Shown: piece by piece, positions 9,741 through 19,683 of the stretch
How positions within the stretch are numbered: position 1 is the first letter of the stretch
Layout of the letters: every line of letters begins with the position of its first letter
Source of the DNA: Barthelona sp. PCE
Taxonomy: Eukaryota
Assembly: GCA_040285745.1 (NCBI GenBank)
Contig: JAUFOR010000008.1
Coordinates: 1,736,001-1,800,000 of the forward strand
Direction of reading: 5' to 3'
DNA: 64,000 bases
Made by a program: the position numbers and the translations under genes
The notes under the pieces: generated by a model
Seen by the model: only the letters and a program-made list of their open reading frames with translations
Told to the model about the DNA's origin: nothing
Databases searched by the model: none

Positions 9741-12617
9741 TTAGTCAGAATCTGTAAAATCAGTAACGTGTTTAATCTCCATGTCTAATGACTGTGATCC
9801 TATTGTGAATTCAGTGGAAGTAGTTGGAATGTTTTCAGCGTACTTATAATTATTTTGACCAATTGCTGTTGTTGCAGTCTCCATATTTGTTGCAACAAGT
9901 GCATCAATGTTCACAAAACTGAAGTCCCGGAATAAAGCTTTCTTTTCAAATGACGCAGACTGTGGCATTGTTGAACTCGGAGAATTAGGGCTAAAAAGCT
10001 CTCCATCAAAGAAATTCTTCTCACTTTGGTTACTATCACTGCTTTCAATAAGATTCTTATCACTTTTCGGATACCTGCTCTCAAAGAATGATGTATCTGT
10101 GGGGTCTGCTACATTGGGTTGGAATGGTGGTGTCATTAATTGTAATCTGTCCCAATCCACTCCTCTGAAAAATGCATGCTCTTTAATATGCCTTGCCCCG
10201 TTGGCACCAAGACGCCGATTAGGCTGGCGTTCCAATAGCTTTGCAATGAGGTCACGTGCTTCACTGGAGAAATGAGAGGCAAACTGCCAGTGGATCTGCC
10301 CCTTCACGATATTCTCAAACACAGCTTCTCTTGTATCAGCGGAAAAAGGGGGTATTCCGGCTAACATCTCAAACAACATACAACCAACAGCCCACCAGTC
10401 TACGCTCTTATCATGGCCTTCACCCAAAAGAAGTTCTGGGGCCATGTAGTCACATGTGCCAACCAAAGAAAAATTTCGTCCAGATGATCGACTGCTTCCA
10501 CTCGTTGCACTGAATACTTGTTGATTAGGTTGTTGATTGAGCTGGAAATTAAACTCTGGAGCTAAAAGATTTCCAAAAGATTGCTGAACGCTAAGCGTCG
10601 GTTCTTGGTTAAGAATTGAAGAACCTTGACTGCTTAAACCAAAGTCAATCAATTTAAGGTGGCCGTTGTTCGCAATCAGAATGTTGTCAGGTTTGATATC
10701 ACGATGGATGATATTCTGTTGATGGACAAATTCAACACCTTGAATGATCTCTGCAATGTACTGCATGGCGACATCTTCAGTGAATGATCCAATATTCTTC
10801 AGCAGAGCATATAAATCACCACCAGGATGATACTCCATAACTAAAAAGAGATGCTTAGAGTTCTGGAAAGTATAAAACAACTTAACCATAAACGGCGACT
10901 GTGATGTTGATATCATTATCTCTCTTTCCATTTTGATACGCTTTTTAAGGTTCTTACGGATCATTTCTGACTTTTTAAGCACCTTCATAGCAAATATATC
11001 CTTTGTAGTTCGCTTTTTAACCAAATAAACCTTCCCAAACGCTCCTCGAGAAATTTCCTTAAGCACATCAAAATCATTAACCTGTGGGCATCTCTGCCTC
11101 TGAGGTGACGCCTCCTTTGTTTCTTGCTTCAGCTTCACGTTCTCAATCTTCTGATATATGAGTCTGGACAATGTGCTCGCGAGCTGTTGCACTTCAATAT
11201 TGTGCCCAAACGAGTTCGTGATCAGGATGACCCGTTGCAGGAGAGTTTGCATGTTTGGCTCACTGGGGTTAGCCATTGTGTTAAGATCGCGTGTTATATC
11301 AAGTAACGATTCAAAGGTTCGCCTCATTTTCCGCCGCTTTCCGAGCACAATACGTGTTAACGACTCGTAGAAGTTAGCAATACGGGTGTCAACAGACATG
11401 ATGCTGAGCTGCTCTTTGGCTTCAACAGAGCACGTCTGCGAGTGCTCGTCCATAAAGTCGGCAATGACCCAACTATCGCATATTCTGCACAGGCACCATA
11501 GATTCTCTTTATCTGGTTGTTCTAATGGTTTGGTGGGGGAAATCGGAACAACACGAGATCGATCTGACTCGGTTGACCTCGGCGTCCCCAAACTATTTGG
11601 CGTTCCCTTCCGAGATGACAGTGGTGTGAGGAACATCTTCGTCTTACTCAATGTGATTGGAGTTCCTGGATCAGGGTTACGCGGTTGCTTTAGTGGTCGC
11701 ATTTCAGGAGACTTATCAAAGCTTGTGCGCGGTGGTGAGTACTCGATTGAAGGCATTTCCGCCATTATATTGTCTTCATCATCACTACGGGCTTTGGACG
11801 ATATAAAACTGAACGTCCGCTCCCTCTGTTCAGGTTCAAGTAGCATCGACTGTGTGACCTGATCACTGATAGACATGTGTGGAATATCAGCAGTGTCAGA
11901 ATCCTCAGCGATTGTTGCAATGAGCAGAGACTTGTTCACTGGTGGCGAATGTGCTCTACTATGTATCGAGGGACGTGATCTAATCGGTCTGGGGCCTGCA
12001 GACGGCGAGTACAGCGGGGTAGAGATGCTATCCACGGAATTCCTCCTCTTCAATGATGCTTTTGAAATTGATCTCAGTAAAGGACTCTTACATGAACCGA
12101 AATCATCTTCTCTGACTGCATCCTCGAGCTGACTATATGCATGGGATGCCTGTGCGATACGTCCCATGTGGAACGTACACGATTGAACAAACATCTTTAA
12201 TGTCCAATCAAAAATGTCATTGGAAATCATCAACTGGGTCATCCTCAGCGAGAACCGGAGGATTGCACCATCTCTAAGTTCTGGTAATGTGGTAGAAGAA
12301 TAGTCATCAAGAATTTCTGTGATCTCGTTGAATATTTTCACTTCTAAAGGTGTAAAGTCTGGTAGATGTGACTCCTCCAACTTCTCCAGAGCAGATTTAA
12401 CTGCAATTGAGAACTCTGAAGCAATGTCCCGAAACTTTTCATTGAATATTGCAAGTAATGAACGATCGTCAATATATTCACCCATCGTGGACTCTGCAAT
12501 TGTATCAATTTCATCCTTGAATGCTGAAAATACTGAATCTTCATACAAGAAAACATCTTCTGATCCCGAACTAATGCTTTCAGCATATATCTCAATATCG
12601 GGTAAGCCATTCGTCAT
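9741..12617 (-). CDS. AGC kinase of the Rim15/IRE/Greatwall (MAST-like) group
   Basis: Motifs ISRGAFGKVYL, FAMKVLKK, MEYHPGGDL, HRDIKPDN, DFGLS plus insert, VGTCDYMAPE and RRLGANGA; upstream CRIC..H...C zinc finger as in Rim15/IRE kinases. Confidence 0.9.
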   Translation of the reverse strand: MTNGLPDIEIYAESISSGSEDVFLYEDSVFSAFKDEIDTIAESTMGEYIDDRSLLAIFNEKFRDIASEFSIAVKSALEKLEESHLPDFTPLEVKIFNEITEILDDYSSTTLPELRDGAILRFSLRMTQLMISNDIFDWTLKMFVQSCTFHMGRIAQASHAYSQLEDAVREDDFGSCKSPLLRSISKASLKRRNSVDSISTPLYSPSAGPRPIRSRPSIHSRAHSPPVNKSLLIATIAEDSDTADIPHMSISDQVTQSMLLEPEQRERTFSFISSKARSDDEDNIMAEMPSIEYSPPRTSFDKSPEMRPLKQPRNPDPGTPITLSKTKMFLTPLSSRKGTPNSLGTPRSTESDRSRVVPISPTKPLEQPDKENLWCLCRICDSWVIADFMDEHSQTCSVEAKEQLSIMSVDTRIANFYESLTRIVLGKRRKMRRTFESLLDITRDLNTMANPSEPNMQTLLQRVILITNSFGHNIEVQQLASTLSRLIYQKIENVKLKQETKEASPQRQRCPQVNDFDVLKEISRGAFGKVYLVKKRTTKDIFAMKVLKKSEMIRKNLKKRIKMEREIMISTSQSPFMVKLFYTFQNSKHLFLVMEYHPGGDLYALLKNIGSFTEDVAMQYIAEIIQGVEFVHQQNIIHRDIKPDNILIANNGHLKLIDFGLSSQGSSILNQEPTLSVQQSFGNLLAPEFNFQLNQQPNQQVFSATSGSSRSSGRNFSLVGTCDYMAPELLLGEGHDKSVDWWAVGCMLFEMLAGIPPFSADTREAVFENIVKGQIHWQFASHFSSEARDLIAKLLERQPNRRLGANGARHIKEHAFFRGVDWDRLQLMTPPFQPNVADPTDTSFFESRYPKSDKNLIESSDSNQSEKNFFDGELFSPNSPSSTMPQSASFEKKALFRDFSFVNIDALVATNMETATTAIGQNNYKYAENIPTTSTEFTIGSQSLDMEIKHVTDFTDSD

Positions 12618-12729
12618 TGTTAGTGGTTTTTCATGCTTTTAATAAATAGGAAAGGTGTAATAAAAACGATAACAATTTCTAGTTGTTGTGACGTTTATAT
12701 TCCTTTTCACACAGCCTTTCACTAAAACA

Positions 12730-13575
12730 ATGTCAGAATACTCCCGAAGAGAGTACACAAAAAACCAGGCACATATTCTATCATTGCTGAGCAAATCTAC
12801 ATTGTTCCCAAAACGTTTTACCTTTCCCAATACATCTGTAGCATTCAAAACACACAAAACATCAACGGGATTTCACACAGTATATTCTATCAAAGGAGAT
12901 TCTATGTCTTCTCCAGAGAAATCTGACGAAGAAAGTGCTGTTGTCATTGAACAGACTCATGAACCAGTCCTCGAACCAGAACCCAAGCAGGAAATGACTA
13001 TAAATACCCCTATCGGACCAAAGATACGTGAAATGATTTCATCGCAATGTTTTTCCGATTTACTCTGCTTTTTCCGGAACATGGATGAGGAAGATCTTGC
13101 GGCCTTTAAAGATAGGGAGCGTTCAATACTCCCAGTGCATCGTTTATTAGAAGAAAGGGCACCTCTTGACATAATCACCCAGATGCTTGAGTTAGATTTG
13201 TTTAGAGTGGATCTTCATGACAAGAATGGTTTTAATTGTTTGCATTTAAGTATTTTTTATTCTTTGAGTTGTCTAAAATTGTTTATACCGAAATATATTG
13301 AATTGATTAATACCAGTACTTATAATGATGAAGAAGATACTTTATTACATATTGCAGTCAGAGAAAGACACATTTCTATCATCCGTATCCTTCACAGACA
13401 TAAAATCAATCTTTTCGCAAATAATAAGACTGGACAGACAGCCCATGAACTTGCTGTTAAGTTAAATTACTTAAAGTGTGCGGAATTCTTGAGTAGAGCT
13501 GAAGCAAGTTCTAAGGGTGTAGGTGTGAAACGTACTGTAAGTGTTAAACCTACAAAAAAACAAAAAACACACTAA
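12730..13575 (+). CDS. Ankyrin-repeat protein (start uncertain: 12730 or 12904)
   Basis: Ankyrin motifs GFNCLHLS, DTLLHIAV and GQTAHELA. Confidence 0.8.
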   Translation: MSEYSRREYTKNQAHILSLLSKSTLFPKRFTFPNTSVAFKTHKTSTGFHTVYSIKGDSMSSPEKSDEESAVVIEQTHEPVLEPEPKQEMTINTPIGPKIREMISSQCFSDLLCFFRNMDEEDLAAFKDRERSILPVHRLLEERAPLDIITQMLELDLFRVDLHDKNGFNCLHLSIFYSLSCLKLFIPKYIELINTSTYNDEEDTLLHIAVRERHISIIRILHRHKINLFANNKTGQTAHELAVKLNYLKCAEFLSRAEASSKGVGVKRTVSVKPTKKQKTH

Positions 13576-13586
13576 TTTTATTCTTT

Positions 13587-14270
13587 TTAATAGCATAAAA
13601 TTTTTGCACCACTCATTAATTTTTCATGACAAAAGGCAAATTCCTTGTTATTCAATAATATTTTAATGATATTTCGCATTGTTTCAAAGGTGTAGTTGTT
13701 TTTTGAACTTGATTGTACAAAAATGCACAGTTTGTAAAATAACTCACTTAAAAAGCACCTCATGATCAATATTTGGTGTACAAAAAAATCAAAACACATT
13801 GAAAAAGTATGAATATTTAGAAATTTTGGCAAACAGTGATAAACTTCATTGTATAAGGAATTTGAGGCAAAAATCAAGATCCATTCTAATATACGGACGT
13901 CAACAGGTACAGAATCACTCTCAAGAAAAGTAGATAGACTATTTAAAAAGGAATAATTGTAAGGTAATTTAGGTAGACTAAAAAGGAAGCAAACAAGCCC
14001 TTCTGTGTCAAGTTTCATCAAGTTTAGCCCAAGTAAAAGTTCTATAACGTCGAAAAATGAAGCCAATGCAATAAAATTTGATTCCTTAACATGTTCTTCA
14101 GCAATTGACCACATATTTGTGGAAAAAAGCTCAATAAAATCATTAAAACTTTGCCCATCTATACGAAAAACCTGTTTTAAGTGGGAACTTACAGATGATC
14201 TAATCCTCTCAATTATGAAGCACTCGGCTCCATTGAATGTGGATATCTCCGGGATTGCTTCTAAATACAT
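13587..14270 (-). CDS. Hypothetical protein
   Basis: 227-aa helical-looking ORF with AATAAA just after the stop; no motif recognised. Confidence 0.55.
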   Translation of the reverse strand: MYLEAIPEISTFNGAECFIIERIRSSVSSHLKQVFRIDGQSFNDFIELFSTNMWSIAEEHVKESNFIALASFFDVIELLLGLNLMKLDTEGLVCFLFSLPKLPYNYSFLNSLSTFLESDSVPVDVRILEWILIFASNSLYNEVYHCLPKFLNIHTFSMCFDFFVHQILIMRCFLSELFYKLCIFVQSSSKNNYTFETMRNIIKILLNNKEFAFCHEKLMSGAKILCY

Positions 14271-14562
14271 CGTTAGTTGTTCTTGAATTGCGGAAAGAGG
14301 TGATAAATGAGCTATTGAATTTTGAATGTGTCAATATGCTATGTTAAGGCTATACGAACAATTTAATAGTGATCTATCCACAATATTACGTTGATAGAAA
14401 GGTTAAGCTTGATGGTATACTACCTATGATATAATCATCTTTATGTTCATGATACACACTTGCCTGTCAATTTAATTTCCCCTACCCACAAAAGAAACGT
14501 GTCAAATGTTAATATCGGATGTTTTTCATTTCTTTCTACAATACATCATTAAAACAACGCCG

Positions 14563-17500
14563 ATGTCGTTTTTTAACAGACGTCAGGCTGGGAAATTCAG
14601 GAACATACTTGAAAGATGGGCTAGGATACAAGAGAGTGTTGAAACAGAAGGTATTAGCTCACAATTGCTTACTTTTCTGCGTAACTTCCAGAAACTACCC
14701 GACTTTGCTAAAGTAGATGTCGGAGACAGGGCTAAATTCAATGAGTGTCTGGGTGGAACTATGATTCACATTATTCGTCTTGTAGCATACACTAAGCCAG
14801 AAGTAGAACTTTTACTTTTCATTGAGGTATTTGAGCGCATCATGGGACATGTGAGCAGCCTTCAGACATTAAAAAACAACTCAGCCATTATTAATAGTTT
14901 CACCAGTTTACTTGAAGCATCCAACTCAAATTCAATAATTTTTTTTGACAGATGTTATAAGGACCTCGCCATCCTCCTGCAGTATTGTGAGAAGATCGAT
15001 AGTTTTGTACGTAAAGGATGTTACAAGTTGTTGTGCAATCTATTAGATCATGATGGTATGTCCTCACGTAGTCTTTTACATTTTATTGACTTCACAGGTT
15101 TCCTCATTCAGCAAAGAAATGTTGCATACGAGGAGAATGTTGTGTTTCAAACAAATAGGAGAAAGGACCAAGAAGATATGCAGATCAGAACAAGATCACA
15201 TTCATTAACGTTCAAATTCGCCCCTACCATTTCCACAGCATTAAATTGGCTTCTTCCTAGACACATTGACACCATCGAGAAGTTTTCGGGTTCTTTCCAA
15301 GAACAACTGCAAGTTTCTCATGAAGACAGTGATCATTTTGAGAGAATTGATCATATCCAACGTCATATAGATTTCATCACTGGTATTTACGATGTTAAAA
15401 TAGTGGATATATGTTTCATGTTGATGCCACATTATCCAATGGAGGCTCTCAGTGTTATTGGTCCATTTTTATTATTGACTTCTTGTAGACAGCATTTATC
15501 CTCAGATCAGGCCGTTGGTATGATTCGTGAGGTACTTAACTCAATTGAAGTTGGTGGAAAAAGCGGTGTAGACACGTTCAACGGCATAGGTTTGAGTTTT
15601 TTATTGGGAGTTTTTGTTGATATAGAGTTTTGCAGCGGTGGATCTCTTAAATACATCCTTCATCTTTTAGAAACATCACCACTTGTCTTCAAACAGCAAC
15701 TTATTAAATCACTGGATATGTATCTGCTTACGAATCCGACTGTGATGCTCGAACACTTCTTTGCAAGTCTGGATACCGTTTTCGAACATAATTATTTCGA
15801 TTGTGACGGAGTTTTTGAAGACTTTATCAAACATATATTTTTTTACTGTGGTCGTGATCGTGCTATTGAGTGTACCAACAAGTTCATTGACATTCTAGAG
15901 AAGCTACTTAAGAACGATAATGTTTTTGGCGCAATGTTTATGATTAATGTCTTATATGAAACAGCAAAGCATAATTTTGATGACACACCCGGACTGACTT
16001 CCATTGTTTTAAAGGATAAGGCCATCTTTGAGCGTATTTACACAGTTATGATCGAATGTATGCGATTGAATATCACAACAATCAATTACATAATCATCAT
16101 TTATTGCACTAACGTTGTCAATGCAGTTGAGTTCTGTAAGCGAATGGATCTTGACACATGTATGCGATATCCAGACTTTATCAACACATATTTCTATTGT
16201 TTGAGCACATGTTGTGATGATGAGCACATGTCACGATTTGAACTTGAGCTATCCGAGTATCTGAGTACAGCAACGGACTGTTTTGAGAGGATCATGGACA
16301 TTTGTTGTTTGATCTCAAACAGCTATCTCAGCACAAAGATAGCAACTGAACTTATCCAACCGTCCATTGAGGAACTCATGCTTGAGAAGTCATGTTGGTC
16401 AAATACAGAAATATTTGACTTGATGTGTGGGTTTTATGGTAAGGCAAGTGAGTACCTCGTCACGGAGGAAGAAAAATCTGAAATGTTTGCGCGTGTGGAG
16501 TTGTCTGTTGTGGTTGATTATGTTTATTCAATGTTGCAAGTCAATGATATGCCATCAAGTGCATTGGGACTCTTTTTAGATATTTTTGTTGACTGCATCG
16601 ACTACAAATCTTTTAGTGGTAAACCACGCTTCCACAATATTCTCAAACCCAAGAACATATATCCTTTATTCGACTATGATTCTGTCGTATCGGTGCAATG
16701 TAGCTCCATAATGTGTGATTTACAGACGCCACTGCACAGCCCTTCCCTTATGCTACAGAAGCTCAAGGCACATGAATCAACCGTAGTTCCCATGTTCAAA
16801 TCCAAGGAGCGATGTGTTTTGTTCTGTGAGTTGCTGCGTAAGAACCCAGACAATAAGCTACTCTGGGACATGGTCAGTGTTTTTTCATTACACCCCACAA
16901 ATTGCGATTTGCTTGTTGATGCGGAAATCCTTCCTCTACTACTTTCCATGGAGAGGGACGTGACGGAAGTTGTTGTGAATATCGTGGTTCGTTCAGAAAC
17001 AGGTATTGCCAAATTACTTAGTGTTTTCAAACACTCGCATATGCATTTGCTATTGCACGTTGTTGAGGCGATGGTTGTTCGTCCGCACTCATATCTCATG
17101 TGCCGTGATTTGAACGAGGTGGTCACCCATAACGTTGACAAACAAGGAACATCATTAGAATTCTCAGTTGTTGATTTCAAGATTCCTGTCACTCTCAACG
17201 ATCACATTAAAAGCCATGTCGTCTATGATCATTTCTCCAGCGATGAGGACTTCATTACGTTCCTTGCAGTCGATGTTGAGACAGAAGAAGGTGTGAAGCG
17301 TGTTCCTATTGACCTAAAGAATGGATCTGTGTGTAGTCTCCGTGTTGGAGATCATATAATTGACATTAAGGGAACACCTCAACCGCGTCTGTGCCACGTG
17401 TCATTCACTAAAAACGTTGTTGTGATTGAGTTCAAACATCTTGAAGCTCGGTTCAGTATTCGACTTACTTCAAAGATTAAACACGTTGCGTTTGTCATTG

Positions 17501-19542
17501 TTAATCCTTTGATAGTGTATGCAATTAATGGTGACACGGCTGTTGTTTCAAATCGCGTTTTTCCAACAAAGGCTGATGTTTACGCTCAATATTATACCCT
17601 AGATCTTTTCGGCAAATGTCTTGATTATTTTTCTTTGCATTCTGATGATGAATGGAGTCTTGACAGCTTTATTGAAGTTGTTTTCCGTTCATTATGCCAC
17701 GAAGATGTCTTTGAAACAGCATGTAGTGAGATTAGAAGTAATGCAATTGTGTTACAGAAGCTTGGTGCATTACAATTACTTTTCCGAAAGTATTTGGTTC
17801 ATAAATCCAGTCTTGATCCTGATATCCATGCTTTTTTCTTGGGTACTTGCCTTTCATTGCTTGACGATAGTGGTTTTGAAGAAGTTTTGAATGGTCTTTT
17901 AAAATTTTCAAACTATTCATTTTTATTACCTTATTTCAACGTTACTATTAACACACTTCTACAAAGATGCTCGTCTTCTGATAAGTTATGTCACCAGTTG
18001 CGCTCGCTTTTAATGAGTATTATTTTGTCTGGAGATGAACTTGACTACGCATTTTGTTCCTATTTGGAACAGATCACAGTATTCACAAGCGACATACTCA
18101 TCACATTGTTGGAGACGGTCTGTATGGTGATTGATAGTGCCAGGAAGAATCGTAGGACAGATCCCGATGTTTCAGTTGCAATACTGCAGTTAACGTGGCA
18201 TTGTAACACAGCACCTGTTATATGTTCGACATTGCATCTCTTTTCAAGGTTTTTTACATCTTTTGACTCAATCCCCATTGTTATGCTTTCGGTTTTGCTA
18301 GCTGGTTTGGAAAAATGCAATGATGCATCATTACTATCATGTATTGAGTCGGTGTTTTTTATCAAAACGAAGGCCCAAGTCGGTATCGAAGCAACAAAAC
18401 AAAATTTCAAAGATAACACGATTGTTGGCGGAGAAAAATCTGATGAAGTGCTTTTGCACGAGTTTTCCTTGGATGTTTTTGCTAAGCCACATACTTTTGA
18501 TTTCCTAATCAACTGTATGATTGGCCTCTCCCAACTGGAGGGGTACAGCGAGTTCATTAGAAACGTCCTCACACCTGCTATTTGTAGATTAACAATCATA
18601 CCGTGCAACGTTGACCATCATGTTCTTCTTAGGGTACTTATAATGCTAGTGAACGATTCAACCAACGATGATATGTGTGATGCAATAACACATACTTTAC
18701 TGATCTCTGATGAGCTACTTTTTGAGACCACTTCAGAGTTTGACAGCATTTATGCAAATGACACCAATCTCACCCGCTCTTTGCTTAGTACATTGCTGAA
18801 GAGTATCATATCAGGCGATCTGAATGAGAAACACCTTGTTTTGTTGAAGAGATTATTAGATTTAACTTTTGTTGATGGTGAGTCAATATCTCAAACGATT
18901 TTTATTATGTTAAGTCAAGTTTATTTCAAAGCATCTGTTGATATGAAGCGATTACCACTCTTCCAAGACATACTTGATATTATTGAATTGCTTTTATTAA
19001 CTGAAATATCTTCATATAGAATCTCAGCTATTGTTAGTCATAGTCATGTGTTTTACTCGCTATTCTTGGGATTTGCCAAATCACCAGAATTAATATTGGT
19101 ATTTTTTAAGGTGCTTGAGCAATATCACATTGAGTCGAATATTTATGATAGTCAGTTGATAAGTTTGTTGAAGAAATTACTCCAAAACGATGATATCAAT
19201 GAGTATTTCTCAGGATTATGTGATTCGCTTGGTATAAATCCATTTAAGGACAATAATGATTCGAACGGCGGTGCACTTTGCCTCAGTCCAGGTTCTTTTG
19301 GTAGCTGTGATTTTGAAATTAATCTGGACTCTAAATTAACAAACTTTTTAGCAATTTCTGAGTCTGAAATTGATGAAACATTTAGTCGTATAAAAATGCT
19401 CATTAATACACGTTTAACATCACTTCAAAATGCTGTTAAAGAGCGTCTGCATGCGTATTTAGAAGCTGGAGAGCATTCTCTGTTTGATTTTGATGCTACT
19501 AAAGCAGATACACGATTTATTGATGTTGTTGATGATATGTAG
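14563..19542 (+). CDS. Large hypothetical alpha-solenoid-like protein
   Basis: ~1660-aa uninterrupted Leu-rich ORF. The start is probably ATG 14563 (MSFFNRR); ATG 14506 is an alternative. Confidence 0.8.
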   Translation: MSFFNRRQAGKFRNILERWARIQESVETEGISSQLLTFLRNFQKLPDFAKVDVGDRAKFNECLGGTMIHIIRLVAYTKPEVELLLFIEVFERIMGHVSSLQTLKNNSAIINSFTSLLEASNSNSIIFFDRCYKDLAILLQYCEKIDSFVRKGCYKLLCNLLDHDGMSSRSLLHFIDFTGFLIQQRNVAYEENVVFQTNRRKDQEDMQIRTRSHSLTFKFAPTISTALNWLLPRHIDTIEKFSGSFQEQLQVSHEDSDHFERIDHIQRHIDFITGIYDVKIVDICFMLMPHYPMEALSVIGPFLLLTSCRQHLSSDQAVGMIREVLNSIEVGGKSGVDTFNGIGLSFLLGVFVDIEFCSGGSLKYILHLLETSPLVFKQQLIKSLDMYLLTNPTVMLEHFFASLDTVFEHNYFDCDGVFEDFIKHIFFYCGRDRAIECTNKFIDILEKLLKNDNVFGAMFMINVLYETAKHNFDDTPGLTSIVLKDKAIFERIYTVMIECMRLNITTINYIIIIYCTNVVNAVEFCKRMDLDTCMRYPDFINTYFYCLSTCCDDEHMSRFELELSEYLSTATDCFERIMDICCLISNSYLSTKIATELIQPSIEELMLEKSCWSNTEIFDLMCGFYGKASEYLVTEEEKSEMFARVELSVVVDYVYSMLQVNDMPSSALGLFLDIFVDCIDYKSFSGKPRFHNILKPKNIYPLFDYDSVVSVQCSSIMCDLQTPLHSPSLMLQKLKAHESTVVPMFKSKERCVLFCELLRKNPDNKLLWDMVSVFSLHPTNCDLLVDAEILPLLLSMERDVTEVVVNIVVRSETGIAKLLSVFKHSHMHLLLHVVEAMVVRPHSYLMCRDLNEVVTHNVDKQGTSLEFSVVDFKIPVTLNDHIKSHVVYDHFSSDEDFITFLAVDVETEEGVKRVPIDLKNGSVCSLRVGDHIIDIKGTPQPRLCHVSFTKNVVVIEFKHLEARFSIRLTSKIKHVAFVIVNPLIVYAINGDTAVVSNRVFPTKADVYAQYYTLDLFGKCLDYFSLHSDDEWSLDSFIEVVFRSLCHEDVFETACSEIRSNAIVLQKLGALQLLFRKYLVHKSSLDPDIHAFFLGTCLSLLDDSGFEEVLNGLLKFSNYSFLLPYFNVTINTLLQRCSSSDKLCHQLRSLLMSIILSGDELDYAFCSYLEQITVFTSDILITLLETVCMVIDSARKNRRTDPDVSVAILQLTWHCNTAPVICSTLHLFSRFFTSFDSIPIVMLSVLLAGLEKCNDASLLSCIESVFFIKTKAQVGIEATKQNFKDNTIVGGEKSDEVLLHEFSLDVFAKPHTFDFLINCMIGLSQLEGYSEFIRNVLTPAICRLTIIPCNVDHHVLLRVLIMLVNDSTNDDMCDAITHTLLISDELLFETTSEFDSIYANDTNLTRSLLSTLLKSIISGDLNEKHLVLLKRLLDLTFVDGESISQTIFIMLSQVYFKASVDMKRLPLFQDILDIIELLLLTEISSYRISAIVSHSHVFYSLFLGFAKSPELILVFFKVLEQYHIESNIYDSQLISLLKKLLQNDDINEYFSGLCDSLGINPFKDNNDSNGGALCLSPGSFGSCDFEINLDSKLTNFLAISESEIDETFSRIKMLINTRLTSLQNAVKERLHAYLEAGEHSLFDFDATKADTRFIDVVDDM

Positions 19543-19683
19543 GATTTTCTTTAAGTAACATTTTTTGTTAATTTTATTCATGTAAAGGCATGTAGAGATC
19601 CATATAAACCTCAAAAAGGAGGTGTGAGACAGTATAATAAATATTTAAGTTGTTTTATTCATAAATACCTTTTCACTGGGCAT

